Below, piece by piece: positions 1 through 8,437 of a DNA stretch of 64,000 nt. The DNA comes from Balneola sp. (lineage in GTDB: Bacteria; Bacteroidota; Rhodothermia; Balneolales; Balneolaceae), in the NCBI GenBank assembly GCA_048267905.1, contig JBLWWM010000001.1, positions 123,086 to 187,085 of the forward strand, given 5' to 3'. The position numbers were made by a program, and so were the translations under genes. Positions within the stretch are counted from its first letter, which is position 1. Every line of letters starts with the position of its first letter. The notes beneath the pieces are model-generated. The model was not told the DNA's origin. It saw only the letters and a program-made list of their open reading frames with translations, and searched no databases.

Positions 1-1
1 A

Positions 2-304
2 ATCTTCTCCAAAAAATTCAGCAAAACGGCCTTCTGCAGCAATTTGAGAGAGCGTCATTTGCCAAAGTCGATCTTGAGCGTGTACATATCCCAGTGCAAA
101 GTAGAGATCAGCTTGGTTTTTAGAATATATATGTGGAACACCAAATTCATCCCAATGTATAGTAACGGGCTGCTGTAATTGATTTAAAGCAATATTAGAT
201 TCATAATTTGGTAAGGGTTTGTAGAATGTCCAATAGAAAGCGAGGCCTACAAAACCGATAAAAAGAATTAGAAAAAAGAGAAGTAGCTTGGAAAATGTTT
301 TCAT
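2..304 (-). CDS. Penicillin acylase family (Ntn-hydrolase) protein, N-terminal part; runs off the window start
   Basis: Manual translation from ATG at 304: MKTFSKLLLFFLILFIGFVGLAFYW...VTIHWDEFGVPHIYSKNQADLYFALGYVHAQDRLWQM. The D-x-x-G-V-P-H-I and GYVHAQDRLWQM motifs are typical of this family. Confidence 0.9.
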   Translation of the reverse strand, partial: MKTFSKLLLFFLILFIGFVGLAFYWTFYKPLPNYESNIALNQLQQPVTIHWDEFGVPHIYSKNQADLYFALGYVHAQDRLWQMTLSQIAAEGRFAEFFGED

Positions 305-537
305 GTATTGTGAACCTTAATGGTGGCTAAAGCTAAAGGAATAAAGTAGAAACTGAAAGACAAATTGATGGCTTATCGAATGATAAAAGTTTTTTAAGTT
401 TGGGAAATGAATTACAAGTATTTTTAATTTAAAATAACAATCTTAAAATTCATCTGATAGTGTTATTTAACCTTGAAAAGCGCTTCCAAAACTTATTACC
501 TTAACGTAGAAATTTTAACTTTTATAAATACAGTGTA

Positions 538-1392
538 ATGTCTATAAAAAAAGTAGCGGTTATTGGCGGAGGAACTATGGGGAACGGTATTGCCCATGTT
601 TTTGCCATGAATGATTTTAAAGTAAACCTTATTGAAACAAAGCAAGAGTTTGGCGACCGCGCACTGACAACTATAGCAAAGAATTTGGATCGGATGGTGG
701 CCAAGGAGAAAATTGATGAGGCGAGGAAAACGGCTACATTATCAAATATTACCCTGCATTTAGATATTGCTACTGGAGTTAAAGACGTAGACCTAGTAGT
801 TGAGGCTGTTCCAGAGAACATTGATATAAAGAAAGCCGTTTGGACCGCTGTGGATGAAAACGCTCCTGCAAATGCTATTTTAGGCTCGAACACATCTTCA
901 ATTTCTATAACTAAGTTGGCCTCGCTCACTAAACGTCCGGAGAGTTTTATTGGAATGCACTTTTTCAATCCAGTGCCATTGATGAAATTGGTTGAAATTG
1001 TACGTGGTTTAGAAACGAGTGATAGTACTTACCAAATTGTAGAAGAGACCTCCAAACAGCTAAACAAAGTTCCAGTTCCTGTGAACGACTTCCCTGGATT
1101 TGTGAGCAATAGGGTTCTTATGCCAATGATTAACGAAGCTATTTTCTGTGTATCGGAAGGCGTTGCAACTCCTGAAAATGTAGATGAAGTGATGATGCTA
1201 GGAATGGCGCATCCAATGGGGCCACTTCGCTTAGCTGATTTTATTGGATTAGATGTTTGCTTGGATATTCTAAGTGTGCTTTACGAAGGGTTTAAAGATC
1301 CTAAATATCGCCCATCTCCATTACTTGTAAAAATGGTTGATGCCGGTAAGCTTGGCAACAAAACGGGTGAAGGATTTTACTCTTATAAGTAA
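538..1392 (+). CDS. hbd: 3-hydroxybutyryl-CoA dehydrogenase
   Basis: GGGTMG Rossmann motif, VEAVPE, SNTSS, GMHFFNP, DFPGFVSNR, HPMGPL, GKLGNKTGEGFY. Confidence 0.93.
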   Translation: MSIKKVAVIGGGTMGNGIAHVFAMNDFKVNLIETKQEFGDRALTTIAKNLDRMVAKEKIDEARKTATLSNITLHLDIATGVKDVDLVVEAVPENIDIKKAVWTAVDENAPANAILGSNTSSISITKLASLTKRPESFIGMHFFNPVPLMKLVEIVRGLETSDSTYQIVEETSKQLNKVPVPVNDFPGFVSNRVLMPMINEAIFCVSEGVATPENVDEVMMLGMAHPMGPLRLADFIGLDVCLDILSVLYEGFKDPKYRPSPLLVKMVDAGKLGNKTGEGFYSYK

Positions 1393-1578
1393 TTCGTTAA
1401 CACCCCAATTATTTTGGGCTTTATCGATTTCTACTAAATAGCATCGTTTCCCAAATCTCCTACAAAAAGAGGTTAATAATTTCTATATACTTGAGTGCCG
1501 TTTCTTGCATGGTTTTAGGAAATAAAATCAAAAGAATGGCTTCTACTTTTTCGAGTTTCAACCTCATTTAATCACACT

Positions 1579-2913
1579 ATGGAATACATTTTTATCCTCA
1601 TTTCTTTAATTATTGGCGCCGTTGCAGGTTTCTTTATTGCGCACTTTAAATCCAAATCTGAACTTTCTAGATTGGAAGAACGGAACACAAATTTGGACGC
1701 TCAGGTCAATGAAACAGAAAATAAATTTCAACAGCTAGCTAAAGAAAGTGAAGCAAAGTTAGAAGTTGCACAAAGGGAGAAAGAGTTAGAATTAAAAGAA
1801 GAGCGAGAGAAGTCTGCCGATTTGGATAGAAATCTCGCAGGCTTAAAAGCTGAGTATTCCTCACTCCAACAGAAACTGGCTGAGCAAAAAGATGAGCTCG
1901 CCGGAATGCAGGAACAGCTAAAAATTCAATTTGAGAATTTGGCGAATAAGATTTTGGATGAGAAATCAGCAAAGTTCACCAAACAAAACAGAGAAAGTTT
2001 AGATCAGCTTTTGAATCCACTTGGGTTGAAGTTGGAAGAGTTTAAGAAGAAAGTAGAAGAGACTTACAACGAAGAAAATCGTCAACGTGCTACGTTAAAA
2101 GAGCAAATCCGCCAGATGGGTGAGCTGAACCAAAAGATGAGTGAAGATGCGAAGAACCTGACACGAGCTTTGAAAGGAGATAGCAAAGCCCAAGGGAATT
2201 GGGGCGAAGTTATTCTTGAACGGATTCTGGAGAAATCTGGGCTCACAAAAGGCAGAGAGTATGAGGTTCAAGTATCTGCAACCAATGAAGAGGGAAGACG
2301 CCTACAGCCTGATGTGGTAGTTCATCTCCCTGGTGAAAAGTTCCTGATTGTTGATTCTAAAGTGACATTAACGGCTTACGAACGTTATGCATCTTCCGAA
2401 GATGACTTAGAAAAAGCAACTGCGCTGAAACAGCACATTAGCTCGGTTAGAGCCCATGTAAAAGGTTTGAGTGAAAAGAAATACCATCAAATTCATGGTG
2501 ATAGAAGTCCTGACTTTGTGCTTCTCTTTATTCCGATAGAATCTGCTTTTGGTGTGGCTCTTCAAAATGATGCTAATTTGTATTACGAAGCCTTTGATCG
2601 CAACATCGTAATCGTAAGTCCTTCTACATTACTGGCAACTTTAGCGACTATCGATAGCGTCTGGAAGCAAGAGTACCAAAGCAAAAATGCGCTAGAAATT
2701 GCACAACGAGGCGGCGCTCTGTACGATAAGTTTGTTCTATTTGTTGAAAGCTTGGATAAAATTGGGGATCGAATTAAGCAAACTCAGCAAAGCTATGACG
2801 AAGCCCGAACTCGCCTTACCGAAGGTTCTGGAAATCTAGTTCGTCAAGCAGAGATGCTCAAAGAACTGGGTGCAAAAGCCACAAAAAAATTGCCAAGTAG
2901 CACCCAAGAGTAG
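1579..2913 (+). CDS. rmuC: DNA recombination protein RmuC
   Basis: N-terminal TM helix and coiled coil, then QGNWGE, RLQPDVVVHLP, IVDSKV, SPDFVLLFIP, IVSPSTL. Confidence 0.95.
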   Translation: MEYIFILISLIIGAVAGFFIAHFKSKSELSRLEERNTNLDAQVNETENKFQQLAKESEAKLEVAQREKELELKEEREKSADLDRNLAGLKAEYSSLQQKLAEQKDELAGMQEQLKIQFENLANKILDEKSAKFTKQNRESLDQLLNPLGLKLEEFKKKVEETYNEENRQRATLKEQIRQMGELNQKMSEDAKNLTRALKGDSKAQGNWGEVILERILEKSGLTKGREYEVQVSATNEEGRRLQPDVVVHLPGEKFLIVDSKVTLTAYERYASSEDDLEKATALKQHISSVRAHVKGLSEKKYHQIHGDRSPDFVLLFIPIESAFGVALQNDANLYYEAFDRNIVIVSPSTLLATLATIDSVWKQEYQSKNALEIAQRGGALYDKFVLFVESLDKIGDRIKQTQQSYDEARTRLTEGSGNLVRQAEMLKELGAKATKKLPSSTQE

Positions 2914-2937
2914 CTTGGTAGCAATAAAGCCAGATAT

Positions 2938-2969
2938 ACCCTATAATCTCTCGTAAGAAAGTATAGGGT
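2938..2969 (+). terminator. Hairpin downstream of rmuC (possible terminator)
   Basis: ACCCTATA...TATAGGGT inverted repeat; no clear U-tract. Confidence 0.4.
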
Positions 2970-3000
2970 CGTCATTGTAGAAATCATTATGGTTTCAATA

Positions 3001-3053
3001 AATTAAACAACGCTCACCGCCATCCTGAAGATACCTCTGAAGGATCTTCACAG
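3001..3053. repeat. REP-like palindromic repeat, module A copy 1
   Basis: CATCCTGAAGATACCTCTGAAGGATCTTCACAG (3021-3053) is identical to 4579-4611; both copies are preceded by AATTAAACA. Confidence 0.85.
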
Positions 3054-3340
3054 CTATTAAAAAGCAATGGTTTTGTTCGCAGGTGATAGCTGATCTTACC
3101 TTCACATTATTTACGTGTTTGCTAATGCATTCATCTCATTGATGGGTGTACTTTTGTGCCGCCCCCGAATGCTCGGGGCAGGCGAGTACCAAAAGCTCTC
3201 GACAAGAATAATTGGCGCGAACTTCATTGCATCGACTCAATCATTCCAATGGTCTTCGTCCTTCTATTGCCACAGTCAAACCCGAGCCGGTGTGGAATGA
3301 TTGCTCCTATCGGAGACGTCTATTCCATTGCGTTCTTTCT

Positions 3341-3392
3341 TCGCCAATAATTCTAAACGTCGATGTGGTTTGGTGGGCGTATTGACATTCTG
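3341..3392. repeat. Repeat module B copy 1
   Basis: 52 bp matching 4639-4690 with 2 mismatches. Confidence 0.9.
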
Positions 3393-3598
3393 AAGGAAAT
3401 CAAAAAGCTATTTCTGTCAACGAATTACTTAGCATCTACAATTATAATGATACTTCCGAAGAACCTTCAAAACTAACTTTCCATTTAATTGCTTATTTCC
3501 GTGATCGTTATTTCACTAATCTATCTGATATTGGCACGAACTTCATTATAGATCAGAACTTTTTAACTTGTATATAGTTCAAACGCCAAACTTAGGTA

Positions 3599-4540
3599 AT
3601 GAGAACTATGAGTAATTATCGCCAAAAATTACGAGGTCGTTTAGCTTCCATAAAAAGGATTAGGTGGAAAAAAGTATTTAAAATTTTCAGCCTATCAATA
3701 GTCCTTGCACTTAGTTTATTGTTAGGAACTGTTTTCTCTTTGCGATGGATAAATCCGCCCTTCACTGCTTTTACATTGCAAGAAGATTGGGACAAACTCG
3801 GAGTAAAGCGCTACAGTTTGAGGCAATACTGGGTCGATTACGAATCTTTTCCTGATAATATAAAATGGGCTGTTGTAGCATCAGAAGACCAACTATTTTG
3901 GGAACATTCTGGATTGGATACTGAAGCCATCGGAAAAGCATTAGATGAAAAAGAGAAAGGAGAGCGCGTGCGTGGCGCTAGTACTATTACTCAGCAAGTA
4001 GCTAAAAATTTATTTCTAAATAGTAGTAAATCGTATGTAAGAAAAGGAGTAGAAGCAGGCCTCGCATTGACAATTGAAGTAATGTGGACGAAAGAACGAA
4101 TTTTAGAAGTATATCTTAATATCGCCGAGTTTGGTCCAGGAGTTTACGGAGTTGGTAAAGCAACAAACCATTTCTTTAATAAAGATGCTCGGTATCTAAA
4201 AGCGGATGAAGCAGCTCGAATGGCCGCTGTACTTCCCAATCCAAAAAGAATGCGAGTGGAGCCAGCTTCACCCTATGTGAACAAAAGGAAATCGTGGATT
4301 CTACGAAATATGATGAATTTAAGTGGCGTAGCATATTATAAGAAACCAGTACCCGTGCAAACTCCAGACAGCTCAAATGTGGATACAAATTCAATTTCAA
4401 ACCAATTCTATATTCCAAAAGCAGATGTTTCAGTATTGGATCTAAACTTAGAAGTATCAACCTCAAATAGTTCTGATAGCTCTGAAGCGGATTCCATTGA
4501 GCAAAAAGCGGATACAGTCATCCATGTAGATAATAGATAA
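3599..4540 (+). CDS. mtgA: Monofunctional biosynthetic peptidoglycan transglycosylase
   Basis: VVASEDQLFWEHSGLD, RGASTITQQVAKNLFL, KERILEVYLNIAEFGPGVYG, AARMAAVLPNP; Ser-rich C-terminal tail. Confidence 0.93.
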   Translation: MRTMSNYRQKLRGRLASIKRIRWKKVFKIFSLSIVLALSLLLGTVFSLRWINPPFTAFTLQEDWDKLGVKRYSLRQYWVDYESFPDNIKWAVVASEDQLFWEHSGLDTEAIGKALDEKEKGERVRGASTITQQVAKNLFLNSSKSYVRKGVEAGLALTIEVMWTKERILEVYLNIAEFGPGVYGVGKATNHFFNKDARYLKADEAARMAAVLPNPKRMRVEPASPYVNKRKSWILRNMMNLSGVAYYKKPVPVQTPDSSNVDTNSISNQFYIPKADVSVLDLNLEVSTSNSSDSSEADSIEQKADTVIHVDNR

Positions 4541-4559
4541 TTCGTTGACGGTTATAGTA

Positions 4560-4611
4560 AATTAAACACCACCACTGTCATCCTGAAGATACCTCTGAAG
4601 GATCTTCACAG
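4560..4611. repeat. REP-like palindromic repeat, module A copy 2
   Basis: TGTCATCCTGAAGATACCTCTGAAGGATCT; 33 bp identical to 3021-3053. Confidence 0.85.
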
Positions 4612-4638
4612 TCATCTCGATCAAAGTACCAAAATCTC

Positions 4639-4690
4639 TCGCCAATAATTCTAAACGTCGATGTGGTTTGGTGGGTGTATTGACACTCTG
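4639..4690. repeat. Repeat module B copy 2
   Basis: TCGCCAATAATTCTAAACGTCGATGTGGTTTGGTGGG is identical to 3341-3377. Confidence 0.9.
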
Positions 4691-4746
4691 GATTTTAAAT
4701 AATCTAGGTGCTTTGTAAGGAATAGTGTTTTAGTCCATCCTCTTGA

Positions 4747-5655
4747 TTATGAACAAGTGCTATGTTTACGATCTTTCTTAACAGAAGCCTTAATAACATA
4801 AAAACCTTTCAAAACGGGCAACTCCAAACCCGAAGACTCCACTAAATCACTTTTCATCTCTTGATAGCTGAGCACTTTTTCAGTTTTATATTCAAAGTCA
4901 TCTAACAAACTCAAAAAACTTTTTTTGTTGAGTGATAGCTTTACCGATTCACCCACCAAGCGAACCCCACTTTTAAAACTAAAACGATGGAATACATTCA
5001 ATTCATCTAAAGAAAAAAATGTAGTTATTAATGTATTAGAAGGGCAGAGGGTAGCAATTTCACTACAGACGTTTCGGGCATCGGTTTCAGTTAAATAATC
5101 GAAAAAACCTTCTGCAACAAAAGCGGTTTGTTTGGAGGAATCAAACTTGGGATGTTCTGCTAAAACTTGGCTCATTCGCTTCTTGGTTACATCAAGAGGG
5201 CAGAAGTGTAAGTTGTTGGAAGACAGATTATTAACCTTCAAGAATTGATTCTTTGTTTGAGCCATAAAAAAAGTTTCAATCTCAAAAGCTTCGAGGCCTT
5301 TAGAAGCTGAATATACTCCCAAATGGTCAAGTCCGGCACCAATTATGACAATCTGTTCACAGCCGTTCTTAATGGCTTCGTCAACACATTGAGTTACATA
5401 ATACTTCCTACAAATAATGTGCATCAAATCGCCAGGAAGGAGTAATTCTTCTGAAGCGATAAAAAACTTCCGCCAAAAAGCAAAGCGTAATGTGTTATGG
5501 TACCAGCTTAAATGTTTGGGAAGAAACTGGACTACCTTCTCGTAAAAGTCGGTAATGCTCGAATCAAAGTTCTTCCCAATCTGTGGATTAAGTGTTAATC
5601 CATAAAACTTTACAGCTATAAAGGCAGCCGTTTGCGATAATTTATCGTGTGCCAT
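4747..5655 (-). CDS. Class I SAM-dependent methyltransferase (leucine carboxyl methyltransferase-like)
   Basis: SQTA N-terminal motif, RKYY, QIVIIGAGLD SAM motif, FVAEGFFDYL. Confidence 0.8.
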   Translation of the reverse strand: MAHDKLSQTAAFIAVKFYGLTLNPQIGKNFDSSITDFYEKVVQFLPKHLSWYHNTLRFAFWRKFFIASEELLLPGDLMHIICRKYYVTQCVDEAIKNGCEQIVIIGAGLDHLGVYSASKGLEAFEIETFFMAQTKNQFLKVNNLSSNNLHFCPLDVTKKRMSQVLAEHPKFDSSKQTAFVAEGFFDYLTETDARNVCSEIATLCPSNTLITTFFSLDELNVFHRFSFKSGVRLVGESVKLSLNKKSFLSLLDDFEYKTEKVLSYQEMKSDLVESSGLELPVLKGFYVIKASVKKDRKHSTCS

Positions 5656-5719
5656 AAGCTAGTGAGCGGTAAACTTAGCTAAATAATTAGAGTGTGAGGT
5701 TTTTGGTATAGGTCCTCTT

Positions 5720-6415
5720 TTAATAATCGAAAAAGCTCCAAGGCTGAAGTTTTGGAGGATTTGCTGTAAACTCCATTTTCTCTTTGGTAACAGGGTGAAT
5801 AAACGAAAGCTTAACCGAGCGGAGTCCGAGGCTTTTGCCTGGCTTATTTCCAACTTCACCATATTTATAATCACCCCAAAGTGGGAAACCAATTTTGGCC
5901 ATTTGTACTCGAATTTGATGAGCACGACCTGTAATCAAATCAACTTCAACAAGGCTATGATGCGCACTTTGTTTGATTGTTTTGAACTTCAATTTTGCAA
6001 CTTTAGTAAACGATTTCTTAGAATTATAAGCCTTAACAAAATTTGTTCTTTTGTCTTTAGATAAATGATGCTCAAGTGTTTGTTCCATTGGCGTCATGCC
6101 TTCCACAAGCGCCCAATAGGTTTTGTCTATAGAGTGTTCTCTGATTTGCTCCGAAAGTCGAGATGCAGCTTTTGAAGTCCGTGCTAAAACCATTAAACCA
6201 CTTACAGGTTGATCTAATCTATGAACTAAACCGAGATATACATTACCTGGTTTATTGTATTTTTTCTTCAGATATATCTTACAAAGGTTAAGAACATCAG
6301 GATTTTTTGAATTGTCTTCTTGAGAAAGTACACCAGCAGGTTTATCAATTACTAAGAGGTGATTATCCTCGTAGATAATGGGAATACTGGGTGTTGTTTT
6401 GGTGTGTTTTTGCAT
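5720..6415 (-). CDS. RluA-family pseudouridine synthase
   Basis: IYEDNHLLVIDKPAG, VHRLDQPVSG (catalytic Asp), LITGRAHQIRVQ, PLWGDYKYG. Confidence 0.93.
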   Translation of the reverse strand: MQKHTKTTPSIPIIYEDNHLLVIDKPAGVLSQEDNSKNPDVLNLCKIYLKKKYNKPGNVYLGLVHRLDQPVSGLMVLARTSKAASRLSEQIREHSIDKTYWALVEGMTPMEQTLEHHLSKDKRTNFVKAYNSKKSFTKVAKLKFKTIKQSAHHSLVEVDLITGRAHQIRVQMAKIGFPLWGDYKYGEVGNKPGKSLGLRSVKLSFIHPVTKEKMEFTANPPKLQPWSFFDY

Positions 6416-6682
6416 AGCTCAAAATTATGCAAAATATCGCTTAACTATTTCACTTTTAATTGAAGTTAAAAAAAGTTGTTTTTAATTAGCTTTTATCCAA
6501 TTTGGAATGATTCGAGGGGGTCAGTGAAAGTATTTCAATCTATTAAAGGCTAGAACTTCTGGACTGCATAACGAACAGGGAAGTTAGTAACAGTGGTGAT
6601 TCCGAATCAAACTACCAACCAATAACAAATCACCATTACTATCTGACAACTCAAAACTCAGGTCTCATTCCTCAAAGCTAGT

Positions 6683-8161
6683 TCAAAAAGGCGTATACCT
6701 CTTAACTCGATCCTCACTCTCTGGCTTTGTAGTTAAACTAACGCCGATTAGCAGAGTGATATTCACAATCAGTCCGTAAGCTCCTTCGTGAACTGGAATG
6801 GGCTTTAATTCTGGATAGTAGAGAAACAAAAGTGTAATGAGAATCCCGCCAATTAAACCAGAAATGGCACCTTTTCCTGTAGCTCTGGGCCAGTAGAACA
6901 TGGCAAACACAAGCGGGAACATTTGTGCAATTCCTCCATAAGCGCCAAGCAATAGCGAAACAATATCCGTTTTTGAGAAAACGGCGAAATAGTAGGCAAT
7001 CAAACTAATAACTACTACAAAAATTCGAATGAGTTTACGTTCATTATTTCCAGTATGAAGCCATCCTTTTACGGCTGAAATTTTTGAAACGCCATCTCTA
7101 ACACCAACCGATGCTGCAGCGTGCACAATGGCATCTCCAGAAGACATAGACGCGGCTAGCGTACCCGCACAAACTAATCCTATAAGTACAACGGATAAAT
7201 CCATTTGGAGCAATGTATAAGGAAGGATTGAGTCGGCAGGGGTGACGCCAGGAAAAGCTAACACTGCCGCAAAACCAATTAGAAGTATCGGCACTAGAAA
7301 TAGTTGGAACGTTGGATACAGAACAACGGTAAGTTTGATAGTTCTGTCACTTTTCGCAGCAAAAGCTTTCATGAAGAAGTGAGGCCACATCGAAAAACCA
7401 ATTGCCGATACCAAAACGGCAGAGCTAAATCCCCACCAATCCCACGGTGTTCCGCTAGAAGTTAAACCAGGAGCGTTTAAAGCCTCACGGAAATCAGAAA
7501 CCATCAACTGCTCGAACATTGGACCAATGCCACCATACATTTTGTACGGTAAATAAATCCCCAAGAACCAAGCAATAACTAGCATAAAAATACCTTGGAA
7601 AGTGTTGGTCCAGCCAACACCCATCACACCACTATAAAACACATAAATCAATACGACGAGATACGCAATTCCAGCTCCTAACCAATTTGGTATTACTCCT
7701 TCACTGATGGTGTTCAAAACAAGTCCTGCACCTTTCATTTGCAATGTCAGGTACGGAATAAGAGCAACAATGGTGAGAATGGCTAACATCCCCGATAGGA
7801 ATTTGCTGTTGAAGCGGTCTTCCAATAATTCGGCTTGTGTTACAAAACCATGTTTTTTACCTAGTCTACGAGCTTTAGGACCAAAGAAGTAAAAAGGAAC
7901 CATTCCTATCGCACCGTAAGCGATGATGTAAAAGGCAGCTGCGCCTTTGGAATAAGCCCATCCTGGTCCTCCAAGAAAGGCAAAAGATGAGAAAATAGAT
8001 GCGCCCAACACAAAATAAAGAATAAAAACATTCATCGACCGATCGCCAGCAACGTACCCTTCGGTGCTTCCACTTACTTTAAGACCAGGGATAATTCCCA
8101 TTGCGAGCGTGATGAGTAAATAGATTCCACAAATTCCTAAAATGATTACCCAATCTTCCAA
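6683..8161 (-). CDS. Sodium:solute symporter (SSS) family protein
   Basis: About 13 hydrophobic segments; GYVAGDRS, FSSFAFLGGPG, TLQMKGAG, GTLAASMSSGD. Confidence 0.92.
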   Translation of the reverse strand: MEDWVIILGICGIYLLITLAMGIIPGLKVSGSTEGYVAGDRSMNVFILYFVLGASIFSSFAFLGGPGWAYSKGAAAFYIIAYGAIGMVPFYFFGPKARRLGKKHGFVTQAELLEDRFNSKFLSGMLAILTIVALIPYLTLQMKGAGLVLNTISEGVIPNWLGAGIAYLVVLIYVFYSGVMGVGWTNTFQGIFMLVIAWFLGIYLPYKMYGGIGPMFEQLMVSDFREALNAPGLTSSGTPWDWWGFSSAVLVSAIGFSMWPHFFMKAFAAKSDRTIKLTVVLYPTFQLFLVPILLIGFAAVLAFPGVTPADSILPYTLLQMDLSVVLIGLVCAGTLAASMSSGDAIVHAAASVGVRDGVSKISAVKGWLHTGNNERKLIRIFVVVISLIAYYFAVFSKTDIVSLLLGAYGGIAQMFPLVFAMFYWPRATGKGAISGLIGGILITLLFLYYPELKPIPVHEGAYGLIVNITLLIGVSLTTKPESEDRVKRYTPF

Positions 8162-8166
8162 TGTAA

Positions 8167-8421
8167 TTAACCCTCGTTATCGGTTTCAGTTCTGTAGAAT
8201 ATGAGCAATGTGGTGAAAGAAAGTACCAAAATAAGAACAACCCAAACTAACGACATCGGGAACCCTAGAATAAGCGGTACTGCATTCGCGAAAATGGGGT
8301 AAATCGGCCAAATCAGACACAACTGAAAGAAGGCCAATACACCAACTAAAATAAGCCCTCTTCTTCGTCGATTGGAATCTTTAGCCGAAAAAATAAGGGT
8401 TTTGGGGATTTTATTGGACAT
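8167..8421 (-). CDS. Small membrane partner of the SSS symporter (DUF3311/DUF485-like)
   Basis: 84 aa with two TM helices and PLILGFPMSLVW; directly upstream of the SSS gene. Confidence 0.75.
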   Translation of the reverse strand: MSNKIPKTLIFSAKDSNRRRRGLILVGVLAFFQLCLIWPIYPIFANAVPLILGFPMSLVWVVLILVLSFTTLLIFYRTETDNEG

Positions 8422-8437
8422 GTTTGGTTTATACTGT

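Noticed and set aside
3284-3320. GAGCCGGTG as a group II intron domain V
   Set aside because: The downstream sequence does not complete the DV hairpin, and there is no RT or maturase nearby.
3115-3350. Short ORFs of 61 and 64 aa in the repeat mosaic
   Set aside because: They overlap each other, lie in palindromic repeat sequence, and show no recognisable motif or RBS.
3001-4690. A/B repeats as a CRISPR array or integron attC sites
   Set aside because: Only two copies, no regular spacers and no cas genes; no RYYYAAC/GTTRRRY core pair and no integrase.
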